NCBI GenBank assembly: GCA_048939765.1
Contig: JBHLPF010000009.1
Coordinates: forward strand, 9,590-73,589
From: Promethearchaeota archaeon
GTDB lineage: Archaea > Asgardarchaeota > Thorarchaeia > Thorarchaeales > Thorarchaeaceae
Length of the DNA stretch: 64,000 nucleotides
Direction of reading: 5' to 3'
This document shows positions 1 to 9,091 of the stretch, piece after piece (within the stretch, counting starts at the first letter, position 1; each line of letters begins with the position of its first letter). The notes under the pieces are model-generated. The model was not told the origin of the DNA and did not search any database. It saw only the letters and a list, made by a program, of their open reading frames with translations. The translations under genes were made by a program, and so were the position numbers.

Positions 1-89
1 AGCAAGAGCTTGTCTAGAGTATCTTCTATTTGGGGCCGAACTCTAACTTGTCCTCTCACGCGTATTGCCAGAATGACCTTCTCTTCCAA
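1..89 (-). CDS. rpl30: 50S ribosomal protein uL30 (N-terminal part, runs off window)
   Basis: Manual translation from TTG at 89 gives MEEKVILAIRVRGQVRVRPQIEDTLDKLL; archaeal L30 'xIRVRG' motif; directly after uS5. Confidence 0.85.
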   Translation of the reverse strand, partial: MEEKVILAIRVRGQVRVRPQIEDTLDKLL

Positions 90-91
90 AC

Positions 92-778
92 TCATTCTTC
101 AGCCACTCCTGATGCTGCCCACTCCTGAGGAGGTAGCATTTTGTAAGTTTCTATGAGAGCCTCAACATATGCCTTCGCGAAGTTTGATGCAGTCCTTGTT
201 CGCCCTTTTGTGATTGACCAAACATCCTTAAGACCTGCAATTCTGAGGACCATCTTGCCTACGTCTGCGGTCACAAGACCTGTTCCTTTCGGTGCAGGTC
301 GGAGAGTCACACTGACAGAGCCCGACTCGCCTTTTGTCTGGAAGGGGATACTGTGAGGATCGTGACACCTGCATTCCCAAGAGCCACAGCCTCTGCGGAA
401 GATTGTTGCATTCAGTTTTGCTCTTCCTTCTGCGGCACGAACTGCTGGAACAAATTCCGCAGCCTTACCTATTCCAATGCCTATCACTCCTTCGCCGTTC
501 CCTACGACGACGGTGATTCGGAAGCTCTTCTGCTGACCGCTGTCTGATTGTCTCTGGACCATTGTGACATCCACCACTTCCTGTCGGAGGTCTGGAATCA
601 ACATGTCAACAATCTCTGGCTCACGGATGATGTAGTTGTTCTGAAAAACCTCCTCAATGCTGTTGATATGGCCTTCTTTGACCAGATTTCCTAAGGCTGT
701 CTTAGGAACCCAGTCATCAAGGGGATTCGTTTCTTGTCTTCGTGGAGGTCTTCGATCTCTTCTTCGACCACTCATCAC
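92..778 (-). CDS. rps5: 30S ribosomal protein uS5
   Basis: WVPKTALG, FRITVVVGNGEG, RGCGSWEC, PAPKGTGLV motifs; operon position. Confidence 0.97.
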   Translation of the reverse strand: MMSGRRRDRRPPRRQETNPLDDWVPKTALGNLVKEGHINSIEEVFQNNYIIREPEIVDMLIPDLRQEVVDVTMVQRQSDSGQQKSFRITVVVGNGEGVIGIGIGKAAEFVPAVRAAEGRAKLNATIFRRGCGSWECRCHDPHSIPFQTKGESGSVSVTLRPAPKGTGLVTADVGKMVLRIAGLKDVWSITKGRTRTASNFAKAYVEALIETYKMLPPQEWAASGVAEE

Positions 779-788
779 CTTTCATCTC

Positions 789-1550
789 CTACTTTGTCTT
801 TCCTTTCGCCTTCTTCTTGCCCCTGCCTCTTGACACGAGCTTCTTGGGTTTTGGCTTTCTAGGTACCGCACGAGGTGCCTTTTCAGCAGGTTTAGTTTTC
901 TCTTTCTTTGCTGCTGGCTTCTTCGGTGCAGTCTTCTTTGCTGCTGGCTTCTTCTTCTTGAGATCAGCCATGGGTATCTCTAGCATTGCTTTCTTGGCCT
1001 TATCGAACTGCTTTGGTATTGTGGTGATGTTTGTTTTCTTTTTGCCTATAATACCAAAATGCTGACTGTCCTTCTTCTTTTCAGTCACGTATTCATAGGC
1101 TTGGACAATGTGTTCTCCAGATGTCCTAGATTCGTCTGGAAGCACTTCAGGATCGTGAGGCACTTCCAATCCCGCATCTACCGCACCCTTCAAGGCGGCA
1201 TATAGCTTAGATCCACGAATAGGCGGATGGAGTCCGACATCCATAATCGCAGTGTCGACGCCACGTGCCTTTGCTCTGAGTCCTGCAAGGAATCCAGTCA
1301 GATAAGCTGCAGGCAGATTTGCCACACCAGCAGACCAGCCAAATCCTCCCAGCTCAGAGGATATTGCAGAGGCTATAGTATTGTCTCCAATCACCTTCGC
1401 ATCTATCACCTGAACAATCACGCGGTTGTTTGTCTTTCTGACCACAAGGCGTGATCCCTTAGACTGCAGGAGTTTCTTTCTTCTGTAGTAGTTTGTCCTT
1501 CCTTCTCTGCGGCGTCTGAACTTGACTTTGTAAGTTGGACCATGCGCCAT
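789..1550 (-). CDS. rpl18: 50S ribosomal protein uL18 with Lys-rich C-terminal tail
   Basis: MAHGPTYKVKFRRRREGRTNY, NLPAAYLTG, LKGAVDAGL. Confidence 0.97.
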   Translation of the reverse strand: MAHGPTYKVKFRRRREGRTNYYRRKKLLQSKGSRLVVRKTNNRVIVQVIDAKVIGDNTIASAISSELGGFGWSAGVANLPAAYLTGFLAGLRAKARGVDTAIMDVGLHPPIRGSKLYAALKGAVDAGLEVPHDPEVLPDESRTSGEHIVQAYEYVTEKKKDSQHFGIIGKKKTNITTIPKQFDKAKKAMLEIPMADLKKKKPAAKKTAPKKPAAKKEKTKPAEKAPRAVPRKPKPKKLVSRGRGKKKAKGKTK

Positions 1551-2002
1551 TATTTTTTCGCCCCCAACTTGCGTTCAGCGATATAGGTACGCAGGTGTGC
1601 GGTGTTCCTAAACGCATTGCCCTTTGCCTTGAGGTATAAATCCCGATAGACTCTCCTTGTGATTCTACCCTCGTCCCTTAGCTTCTTCAGCTCCTTCCGC
1701 ATAGGGCGTATCTTCATCATCCATCGGTCTTTACTGGAAAGCTTGGATGTGTACTTGCCTTTTCGCTTTCCTGGGCCTTTTCTTTGACCTTTGCGCTTCT
1801 GCTGAAGAATATGACGAGCTCTTCCTCTGCTGACTCCAATCTTCTGCTTCGGTTGAATAGCTCCTTCATCCACCAACCGCCGGATGTCATTTCTAGTGAT
1901 GGCAAGAGAAACCTCGTCTTCGAACTCAGGGTCTATCCAGACTCTTGACACTCCAACCTTCATGACTTCAGCAGCAAGTCTCTTCTGTGTGGTAAGTTTC
2001 AT
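1550..2002 (-). CDS. rpl19e: 50S ribosomal protein eL19
   Basis: QKRLAAEVMKVGVSRVWIDP, GPGKRKG, YRDLYLKAKG. Confidence 0.97.
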   Translation of the reverse strand: MKLTTQKRLAAEVMKVGVSRVWIDPEFEDEVSLAITRNDIRRLVDEGAIQPKQKIGVSRGRARHILQQKRKGQRKGPGKRKGKYTSKLSSKDRWMMKIRPMRKELKKLRDEGRITRRVYRDLYLKAKGNAFRNTAHLRTYIAERKLGAKK

Positions 2003-2004
2003 TC

Positions 2005-2838
2005 TCAGTCCAACTCCAAGTCTTCGAGGTCTGTAAAGAGATCCTCCTCGCCAATACTCTCCGGCGCTCCAGGATTCAGGACTCTGAGTAGCATGGCATC
2101 AGCTTTCTTGATAATCTCTTGACGCTTCCTGAGCCCAACAGTGGAACCAATACGTATTGCATGAATGTCTGGATCCAGTCCCTCAACATCTGCGGGTTTA
2201 TGAACATAGACCTCAACAAACCTCGAAGGATGCAGGCCTCTGACAGCTTTGGGCTTCCGATATCCCGCAGAAACCATTGCGATTCGGCCTTTGCGTTTCT
2301 CTCTGGTTGCGCTGTCGATTCCCCTCACTTTTCGCCACGAGTCACTGACTCTTGTCCAACGATGGGCTTGCTCATGCCTGAACTTTGGCTGTTTCTTCCG
2401 CTTTGCCTTGGCAATTCTCAACAGCCGCTGGTCTATGAGTTCATCTCTAGGAAGCACCCTCTTTGGTTCCTTCTTTTTCTTTGGTTTCGCCTTGGGCTTT
2501 GCTTTCTTTGGCTTCGGCTCAGCTTTCTTCTTGGCAGGCTTCTTTGGTTTGACCTCTTCCTCCGCCTTCTTCTTCGGCTTGGGCTCAGCTGCAGGCTTCT
2601 TTGGCTTTTTCTTTGGCTTCTCTGCCTTGGGTTTTTTTGAGGGCGGAGTAACCATCTTCTGTGCAGCTTTGATAAGTTTCGCAGCTCCAGCTTCACTTAG
2701 TCCATCCACCTTCGCAGCCAGTTTCTCTGGCACAGACTTGGATAGCTTGGCGACTGTCTTGACTCCTGCACCTCTCAACTTCTCTTCGATCTTTGGACCC
2801 AATCCGGGCACGTCTGTGAGTGTGGGTTTCTTTGACAT
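2005..2838 (-). CDS. rpl32e: 50S ribosomal protein eL32 with N-terminal HhH-like domain and Lys/Pro-rich linker
   Basis: C-terminal PKFRHEQAHRW..WRKVRGIDS..GYRKPKAVRGLHPS; N-terminal VPGLGPKIEEKL. Confidence 0.95.
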   Translation of the reverse strand: MSKKPTLTDVPGLGPKIEEKLRGAGVKTVAKLSKSVPEKLAAKVDGLSEAGAAKLIKAAQKMVTPPSKKPKAEKPKKKPKKPAAEPKPKKKAEEEVKPKKPAKKKAEPKPKKAKPKAKPKKKKEPKRVLPRDELIDQRLLRIAKAKRKKQPKFRHEQAHRWTRVSDSWRKVRGIDSATREKRKGRIAMVSAGYRKPKAVRGLHPSRFVEVYVHKPADVEGLDPDIHAIRIGSTVGLRKRQEIIKKADAMLLRVLNPGAPESIGEEDLFTDLEDLELD

Positions 2839-2851
2839 GGTTTATTCCTCC

Positions 2852-3415
2852 TTAGACAATCGCCTTTACTTCCTCACCCTTTCTCTTCCTAATGACATAG
2901 ATGCCATCAAGGAACACGCGTCTGTCCTTGTTTCGAATCTTAGTTGCCAACTGGATGTTTGCAGCACTCTGAGAGACTGCTTCGATGTCGATACCACTAA
3001 TGATGATCTCGTCTTCTGTGGTCTTTACTTCAACATCTCCGATTAGTTTCGCCCGACGAACACCTCTCTCGCCGATGAAGTTCTTGATTAGCACTTGATC
3101 TCCTTGAGTTTCAACAGACATTGGAAAGTGGCTATAGACAATCTTCATCTCGTATACATATCCATATTGAACTCCGATGAGCATGTTACGAATATGTGCA
3201 ATTGCTGTGCCGACAAGGGCCTTTGTTCTTTTGCGGCTAATCGATGTTGAAGCTACTACTTCATTGCCTTCCATCCTGATGTCAGCTTGTGGATTAGGAA
3301 ATGACCGAATCAGAGAACCTTTCGGACCTGTGACAGTAGCAGTCCTTCCTTCGAGTGAAACCTGGCATTCACTGGGTATCTCGATTCGCTTCTCGTAAAC
3401 ATAGCTTGAAGACAT
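2852..3415 (-). CDS. rpl6: 50S ribosomal protein uL6
   Basis: VTGPKG, YSHFPM, KNFIGER, KDRRVFLDGIY. Confidence 0.97.
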   Translation of the reverse strand: MSSSYVYEKRIEIPSECQVSLEGRTATVTGPKGSLIRSFPNPQADIRMEGNEVVASTSISRKRTKALVGTAIAHIRNMLIGVQYGYVYEMKIVYSHFPMSVETQGDQVLIKNFIGERGVRRAKLIGDVEVKTTEDEIIISGIDIEAVSQSAANIQLATKIRNKDRRVFLDGIYVIRKRKGEEVKAIV

Positions 3416-3430
3416 TTGTCAGACCTCCTT

Positions 3431-3823
3431 CTAATACACAAAAGCTAGTAGTCTTCCGCCAATCCCACGGTTCTTGGCATCTCTGTGAGTCATGACTCCC
3501 TGTGGAGTGGTCACAATCAAAATGCCATAGTTGTAGGCTGGAAGGAATCTCTTCTCGTATCTCTCAAATCCGTCGCGTTTGACAGGAAAGCGTGGTTTAA
3601 TCACACCACACCTGTTTGTCCGTCCCATCAGCTGGATACGGAACCTTCCTGACATTCCGTCATCTATACGTTCGAATTCGCCAATGTATCCCTGTGTCTG
3701 CATCACCTGCAGAACTCTCTCTATAAGACTGGAAGCCGGTTGAATCATTACCTCAGGCTTTCCAACTATCTCACTGTTGTAGATGCTTGACATCGCATCA
3801 GCCAATGGGTCTAGCAGTGTCAT
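3431..3823 (-). CDS. rps8: 30S ribosomal protein uS8
   Basis: [33 protein letters not shown]; start set at ATG 3823 after a GGAGG-like RBS. Confidence 0.96.
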   Translation of the reverse strand: MTLLDPLADAMSSIYNSEIVGKPEVMIQPASSLIERVLQVMQTQGYIGEFERIDDGMSGRFRIQLMGRTNRCGVIKPRFPVKRDGFERYEKRFLPAYNYGILIVTTPQGVMTHRDAKNRGIGGRLLAFVY

Positions 3824-3840
3824 CCTCTTTCTGGCCTCCA

Positions 3841-4011
3841 TTAACTATACTTTCTGAATCCCAGCTTCACCGCTGTTTCTCTAAAACACCGGCGGCACAT
3901 GTTGAGCCCATATGAGCGAATAATTGCCTGGTGGGTCCCACAACGAACACAGGTGCGGCTACCTTTGCCCATTCTCTTGCGCCTCTTTACACGTTCTTTC
4001 TTTGTATTCAT
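3841..4011 (-). CDS. rps14: 30S ribosomal protein uS14 (Zn-binding; not in ORF track)
   Basis: Manual translation, 56 aa: ..[38 protein letters not shown]. Confidence 0.95.
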   Translation of the reverse strand: MNTKKERVKRRKRMGKGSRTCVRCGTHQAIIRSYGLNMCRRCFRETAVKLGFRKYS

Positions 4012-4022
4012 TATGGCTCGCC

Positions 4023-4625
4023 TCAGAACAGGTATGTTCTTTCTCTGACTTTCTCCAAGATTTCGACACCAAAGCCGGTCTTGATGAAAACCATGCTCTC
4101 TTCCGGTGTCAGTCGGTGTCTATATGGGACCTTTGTCCTTCTTCTTCTCCTTCTCTTCACCCGGAAGCCGGGTCGCTCTATGCACACCGTTATGTTCATT
4201 CCCTGAATACCAAGCTGTGGGTCATACTTTACATCAGGAATGTCGATGTGTTCTGTGATGCCAAATGCGAAATTGCCATCATCATCCCAGTTCTTGATCA
4301 GCAATACATTCTCCTTTGCCTCTAAGGCTCTAGCCAGGAACTTGTGCGCCTTATCATCTCGCAGCGTGACTCTCACTGCAATTGGTTCTTTCCGACGAAT
4401 TCCGAAGTCTCGCACGGTCTGACGAGCTCTGGACTGAACCGGTGTTTGACCTGTGAGTTGTTCCAGAATCGCCGATGCTCTATTGAGAGGCTCGCCTCCA
4501 CCTGTACACATGTCGACTACTACCTTGGCCACATAAGGCGCTTTCATTGGATATGCCTTCCATTCTGCCAGGTAGAGATCCTCATTCGGAGTTGCATTCT
4601 TTCCTGTTTCCGATGTTGTACTCAT
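4023..4625 (-). CDS. rpl5: 50S ribosomal protein uL5
   Basis: [44 protein letters not shown]. Confidence 0.97.
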   Translation of the reverse strand: MSTTSETGKNATPNEDLYLAEWKAYPMKAPYVAKVVVDMCTGGGEPLNRASAILEQLTGQTPVQSRARQTVRDFGIRRKEPIAVRVTLRDDKAHKFLARALEAKENVLLIKNWDDDGNFAFGITEHIDIPDVKYDPQLGIQGMNITVCIERPGFRVKRRRRRRTKVPYRHRLTPEESMVFIKTGFGVEILEKVRERTYLF

Positions 4626-5374
4626 TGAGATGCACCTCCTGAGTCCGTAGTAACCTCAGATGTCTTCTTGCCAAGAACAAATACATATCCAAGTGCAGTC
4701 TGGAATCGATTGCCCTCGGCGTCTTCTATCGTAACTGTACTAGCATGAGTCCCAAAGCGTTTCTCTATCTCCAGAATCTTCCCTTCGATCCCAATGTTCT
4801 TTCCTTGGCTCACAACTGCATAGGAGCCCTTCTCCATTGGAATTGTCTTGATATGCTTCTGGTCTGGAAGCGATACCTGAATGGTGTCAAGAGTATTGAA
4901 ATCGGCAGGCTTGCCACCTGATGGCAGTAAGAGGTTGCGACCATCATGCAGCGTCATCTGGAGCCTTCCTCCTGGAACCATCATCTTCTTCTCAACTCTA
5001 CAGAGTTTGAAGCTGGCTTCCTTGTCATCGATTGGGACGAGTCGTAGTCCGCCTTTCTTCTTTGGAACCAGCCTGAACTTCTCTTCAGAGTCTTGTATCT
5101 CAAGGACATCCATCATTCCAATTGGAAATCTCGGATCCTTGCGAATCCGGCCATCGACGCGAACTTGACCAGTATTCAGAATGGCCTTTACTTCACGCAT
5201 ATTCTTCGCATAGCCGAGCATCTCCCTGAGTACAATAGCGAGAGTCAAGCTGTGATCCTTTGGATGTGGTCCCGGAATTGGCCTAGTTGTGAACTTGGCT
5301 TCCTTGCGCTTGATCGGCCAATATTTCGGCGCCGGCAATCGTTTCAGGTGCTTCTTCTGCCCTCTTCTTGCCAT
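4622..5374 (-). CDS. rps4e: 30S ribosomal protein eS4
   Basis: KKHLKRLPAP..PGPH..VDGRIRKD..FPIGMMD..HDGRN. Confidence 0.97.
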   Translation of the reverse strand: MARRGQKKHLKRLPAPKYWPIKRKEAKFTTRPIPGPHPKDHSLTLAIVLREMLGYAKNMREVKAILNTGQVRVDGRIRKDPRFPIGMMDVLEIQDSEEKFRLVPKKKGGLRLVPIDDKEASFKLCRVEKKMMVPGGRLQMTLHDGRNLLLPSGGKPADFNTLDTIQVSLPDQKHIKTIPMEKGSYAVVSQGKNIGIEGKILEIEKRFGTHASTVTIEDAEGNRFQTALGYVFVLGKKTSEVTTDSGGASQ

Positions 5375-5761
5375 CTACTCACTCTCCGCTAGTTTGACTA
5401 CTTTGTTGTCAATGATTCTCTTCCTGTCATCATCGAGCTCAAGCTTCACAAGCATAAGATTCGAGGGATGTATAGGAACTTGAGCCTCCTTTCCATCGGC
5501 CTTGGTCGTTGTAGCGCTCTCAAGATAGACTCTGACCCCCCTGTAGTCAACTCTTACGATTTTTCCCTCAGTATCTCTGAACTGGCCACGCATAACTCGA
5601 ACAAGGTCGCCTTTCTTTACGACCAATGACCTTAGACCATATTCTTCCCGTAGGAACTCGTCAAGTCTGCACTTCATCATCTTCTTGTGCGAGTGTAATG
5701 GCGACTTGTACATTCGCCTTCTCTGCTTCCCTGGAGACTTTGAGCTAATCTTCTTCGTCAT
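5375..5761 (-). CDS. rpl24: 50S ribosomal protein uL24
   Basis: PGKQRR, KOW motif KGDLVRVMRG, PIHPSN. Confidence 0.96.
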   Translation of the reverse strand: MTKKISSKSPGKQRRRMYKSPLHSHKKMMKCRLDEFLREEYGLRSLVVKKGDLVRVMRGQFRDTEGKIVRVDYRGVRVYLESATTTKADGKEAQVPIHPSNLMLVKLELDDDRKRIIDNKVVKLAESE

Positions 5762-5771
5762 TCATCATACC

Positions 5772-6194
5772 TCACACAATCTTGGATGCTATGGCTGAAA
5801 CACGCGGCCACCTCAGTGTGACTTCTCTCGCCATTGGTCCCCGAAGCTCAGAACCTTGCGGCTCGCCACCCGGCTTGATTAGAACCGCAGCATTATCTTC
5901 GAATTGCATCCACGTTCCATCAGGTCTTCGGTATGGCTTTCTCTGCCGCACTATTACAGCTTGGAGCACTTGCTTACGGAGGTCCTGCTTGCCTTTTGTA
6001 ACAGAAACATTGACCTTATCACCAATGCCTGCTTTTCCAAGCTTCCTGAGATTTCCCTTGTATCCGAAAACTGTGATGATTTGGAGCTCCTTAGCCCCCG
6101 AGTTGTCAGTGCAAAGAATCTTAGCCCCAATGGGCAAACCACGTGCTATTCTAGGAGTGAATTTCCTGATACCTCTACCAACCTTCCTCGACAT
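5772..6194 (-). CDS. rpl14: 50S ribosomal protein uL14
   Basis: DNSGAK, VRQRKPYRRPDG, FEDNAAV. Confidence 0.97.
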   Translation of the reverse strand: MSRKVGRGIRKFTPRIARGLPIGAKILCTDNSGAKELQIITVFGYKGNLRKLGKAGIGDKVNVSVTKGKQDLRKQVLQAVIVRQRKPYRRPDGTWMQFEDNAAVLIKPGGEPQGSELRGPMAREVTLRWPRVSAIASKIV

Positions 6195-6197
6195 GAT

Positions 6198-6557
6198 TTA
6201 TTCCTCCTCATTTGATTCCTGCTTGACAGCCGCCACTACCACACAGGTTACTGTCTTGCTAAGTGGCTTACATTCAACCGCCTTGACACTGTCGCCAACA
6301 CTCACATCGATGCAAGGTGGAAGATGCGCATGTTTCTTGCTTCTTCGCCTCTCATACCTGGAGTACTTCTTTATCAAGCTAAGATAGTCCTGCCGAAACG
6401 TTATTGTCCTGTGCATCTTAGTGCTGGTGACTACACCCTCCATGACTCGTCCACGAACTGCTAGATTGCCATGAAATGGACAATGCGGATCTTCACAGGC
6501 TTTCTCAGGAGGCTCTACGTTGGGGATCCCAATATTACGTATCTTCGCTTCCGGCAT
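6198..6557 (-). CDS. rps17: 30S ribosomal protein uS17
   Basis: CEDPHCPFHG..VRG, KYSRYERR..AHLPPC, ECKPLSKT. Confidence 0.97.
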   Translation of the reverse strand: MPEAKIRNIGIPNVEPPEKACEDPHCPFHGNLAVRGRVMEGVVTSTKMHRTITFRQDYLSLIKKYSRYERRRSKKHAHLPPCIDVSVGDSVKAVECKPLSKTVTCVVVAAVKQESNEEE

Positions 6558-6558
6558 T

Positions 6559-6843
6559 CTACCATCTCCTCCTCTGTGGTTTCTTCATTCGATTCTCTGG
6601 AGTACCTCTCAGCTTGTGTCCCTCAACTCTAACTATCATGCCATTAGGCAGTTTGAAATCAAACACACTATTCGTCTTTGGAACCATAATCTCTCCAGTT
6701 TCGGTGGAGATGTGGATCATCTCTTTTGACTCGTCGACTATGGGCCCCTGTCTGCAGATGTGTCCCGGATCAGAGGATTGTACTATGTGCGTTTCTAGCC
6801 CTATGAGTTCATGTCTGGTTAGATTGGCTGGCGTAATCCTCAT
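6559..6843 (-). CDS. rnp1: RNase P protein component 1 (Rpp29)
   Basis: NLTRHELIGL..VDES..VPK..G..L..PENR; usual position in operon. Confidence 0.92.
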   Translation of the reverse strand: MRITPANLTRHELIGLETHIVQSSDPGHICRQGPIVDESKEMIHISTETGEIMVPKTNSVFDFKLPNGMIVRVEGHKLRGTPENRMKKPQRRRW

Positions 6844-7052
6844 GCCTGTTCCTCACGCTCCATCTCGCTCTGGATGGTCAGTATCCGGGCGATTGCCCTC
6901 CTGACATTCCTTATTCTATAGGGATTGTCTGTTCCTCCGCCGGTTGCCATCTGGATTCGAATCTCTGTTAGTTCATTATAGAGATCTTTCAATCTCTTCT
7001 GACGTTCAATGGGAGTCAGGTTTCTGATGTCTTTGGCAGTTAGACGGGCCAT
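6840..7052 (-). CDS. rpl29: 50S ribosomal protein uL29
   Basis: NPYRIRNVRRAIARILT. Confidence 0.95.
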   Translation of the reverse strand: MARLTAKDIRNLTPIERQKRLKDLYNELTEIRIQMATGGGTDNPYRIRNVRRAIARILTIQSEMEREEQA

Positions 7053-7054
7053 CT

Positions 7055-7954
7055 CTATTCACCCACCTCTTCCAAATCGTCAAGCTCCTCTAGCTCCTTC
7101 AACGACTCCTCTGTCGCTTCCGGAGTAGGTGCTTCATGGACATCAGAGGTTTTGTCATCAGAATCAGTGCTTGTAGGTTCCGGTTCCGGCTCATCTTTAA
7201 TCTTGACTGGCTCTTCTACTAGCTCAAGACCGTCCAGTTCCTCAAGCTCTCTCAATTCTTCAATGTCAGTGATTCCCTCAAGCCCTTCCTCGACCTCCAC
7301 AACCTCTTCTTCCTCTTCGGGTCTCTTAACGACCTCCGGCTCGACAGCTTTTCTTGCCTTGGGTGTCTTCACACTGATTACACCAGGCAGTCTGGCCTCC
7401 GGTCGCATGATTCTCACCTTGATGCCTATCGCACCCGGTTTCAGAATAGCTGTGTCATCAGCCTCATCCACCCATGTGTCAGCTGGTTCACCGGTCTTTG
7501 CAACGGTGGCTTGTTTGAATTTCTGGTACCTCGCTCTCCTACTCGAGAGCTTGCCTTTTACAATAATCTCACATCCCAGAGCACCAGCGCGCATGACTCG
7601 TCTGAGAATCCAATATGCCATTCTCCTGAATCGAACACCGCGTTCAAGCTGTCTTGCAAGTCTTGATGCCATGACCTGTGCATTGAGCCATGGATTCTCG
7701 ATCTCACTGACTTCCACTTGGACATTCTCTATTCCAAACTCGGTTTCCAGAATCTCTGTCAGCTCTCTGATCTTGGAGCCGCGGCGACCAATAACAACTC
7801 CAGGTCGAGACGCATGAATGACAACTTCTGTTCTCATGGGCATTTTTCTAATCTCGACACCACCATATCCAGCGGAGTTCAGTTCTCTCGCCAGGAACTC
7901 GTCAACTTTTAGCCTACGAGAGTTCTGGTCGATGAAGTATTTCACTGCGGACAT
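7055..7954 (-). CDS. rps3: 30S ribosomal protein uS3 with long acidic C-terminal tail
   Basis: AGYGG, RPGVVIGRRG KH domain, GALGCEIIVKGKL. Confidence 0.97.
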   Translation of the reverse strand: MSAVKYFIDQNSRRLKVDEFLARELNSAGYGGVEIRKMPMRTEVVIHASRPGVVIGRRGSKIRELTEILETEFGIENVQVEVSEIENPWLNAQVMASRLARQLERGVRFRRMAYWILRRVMRAGALGCEIIVKGKLSSRRARYQKFKQATVAKTGEPADTWVDEADDTAILKPGAIGIKVRIMRPEARLPGVISVKTPKARKAVEPEVVKRPEEEEEVVEVEEGLEGITDIEELRELEELDGLELVEEPVKIKDEPEPEPTSTDSDDKTSDVHEAPTPEATEESLKELEELDDLEEVGE

Positions 7955-8418
7955 TATGCCACTTCCTCCAAGACAATCTCAATGTGTGTAGTGTTTTCGA
8001 AATATGGGCTGCTTCTTCCAAATGCCCTCTCAACATACTTCTTGTAAGTGCGTCCTCTATGCGCAGCTGCATGGATTATCCTGAGTCTGTCAATATCTAA
8101 TCCCTTCGCATCAGCATTGGCTTCCGCATTCTTCAAAACTCTCAGGATGTTCTCAGATGCCTTTACCGGATGGCCACCTGGGCCCCACTTCTTCATCCCT
8201 GAGTGGTGTCCCCGTTTCTTCTTATGGCGTCTATAAGGAATCCAGGCTTTCTCCTCCACTACTTTGTCCAATAGATCGATGGCTCTATCTAGCATCATGC
8301 CTCTGATGACATTGCAGACCTCTCTGCTTTGCTTCGGCGAACACCTTATGTTTCTTCCACTCGCCACCGCGGTCCTATCCGGATCGATGCCTATGATCGA
8401 GTATCCATATGTTGGCAT
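7954..8418 (-). CDS. rpl22: 50S ribosomal protein uL22
   Basis: SPKQSREVC, NAEANA..KGL, RAFGR..THIEIVL. Confidence 0.96.
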   Translation of the reverse strand: MPTYGYSIIGIDPDRTAVASGRNIRCSPKQSREVCNVIRGMMLDRAIDLLDKVVEEKAWIPYRRHKKKRGHHSGMKKWGPGGHPVKASENILRVLKNAEANADAKGLDIDRLRIIHAAAHRGRTYKKYVERAFGRSSPYFENTTHIEIVLEEVA

Positions 8419-8630
8419 ATCGACTCACTTCCAGTGCTCCAACTATTCTTAGCCCACTCTGGTTCAAGTTGCTAAGACGTTACCGCTCAACAACCACTCC
8501 AAAACCTACCGGCACACGTCTACAGGCTAACTCTGCGCGCAGAACTAGACGCCTGCACTGAATCCATCGGCTCTGAAACAGTCGTCCTAGGAGCGACTGG
8601 CGTTCGCCGGGTGATGTTTCCATTTAAACG
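8419..8630 (-). promoter_or_regulatory. Putative promoter and ~180-nt structured 5' leader of the r-protein operon
   Basis: TTTAAA at 8623-8628; hairpin CAGTCG/CGACTG at 8579-8599; no convincing ORF before rpl22. Confidence 0.5.
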
Positions 8631-8654
8631 TTACGAAACAAGGCTATTCTTTTG

Positions 8655-9044
8655 CTACGGATTATCACCGAACTCGGCAGTGACGCGTCTCAGAACCGGT
8701 GTATTTATCGATTTCTTAACAAGGTCGATTCCTTTCTCTGTCATTGTCGCCTTAACATAATGAATTCCAGCTGACCTTACGTACACGAGATTCCTTGCCT
8801 TCAATTCCTGCAGGCTTGCGAGGACAATTTGTGTGAGTTCTGAATCCGTCAGGGCAATGCCCTTTCCCGGTGTCTGAAACGTTTCACACATCTTTAGTAC
8901 CGTTCGCATACTGCTGAGCTGCCTTCTTTTACTGTCATAGGGATTGGAGAATAGCCAGAGGAGAACAATGAGATCAACAACTTCAAGGTCGAGATTTGCG
9001 TTGTTCTGCAGCACCTTCTTTGCTACGATCTCTACGATGGGCAT
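8655..9044 (-). CDS. Hypothetical winged-helix-like protein
   Basis: ORF with RBS; LQELKARNLVYV..MTEKG resembles the wing of a wHTH. Confidence 0.6.
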   Translation of the reverse strand: MPIVEIVAKKVLQNNANLDLEVVDLIVLLWLFSNPYDSKRRQLSSMRTVLKMCETFQTPGKGIALTDSELTQIVLASLQELKARNLVYVRSAGIHYVKATMTEKGIDLVKKSINTPVLRRVTAEFGDNP

Positions 9045-9091
9045 TCTCCTCACACTCTAGATGAACTCAATGCTATTCAATGAATCGCCCT

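Noticed and set aside
2249-3046. Long antisense ORFs (also 5782-6387, 7152-7817, 60597-61343)
   Set aside because: Shadow frames of well-supported genes
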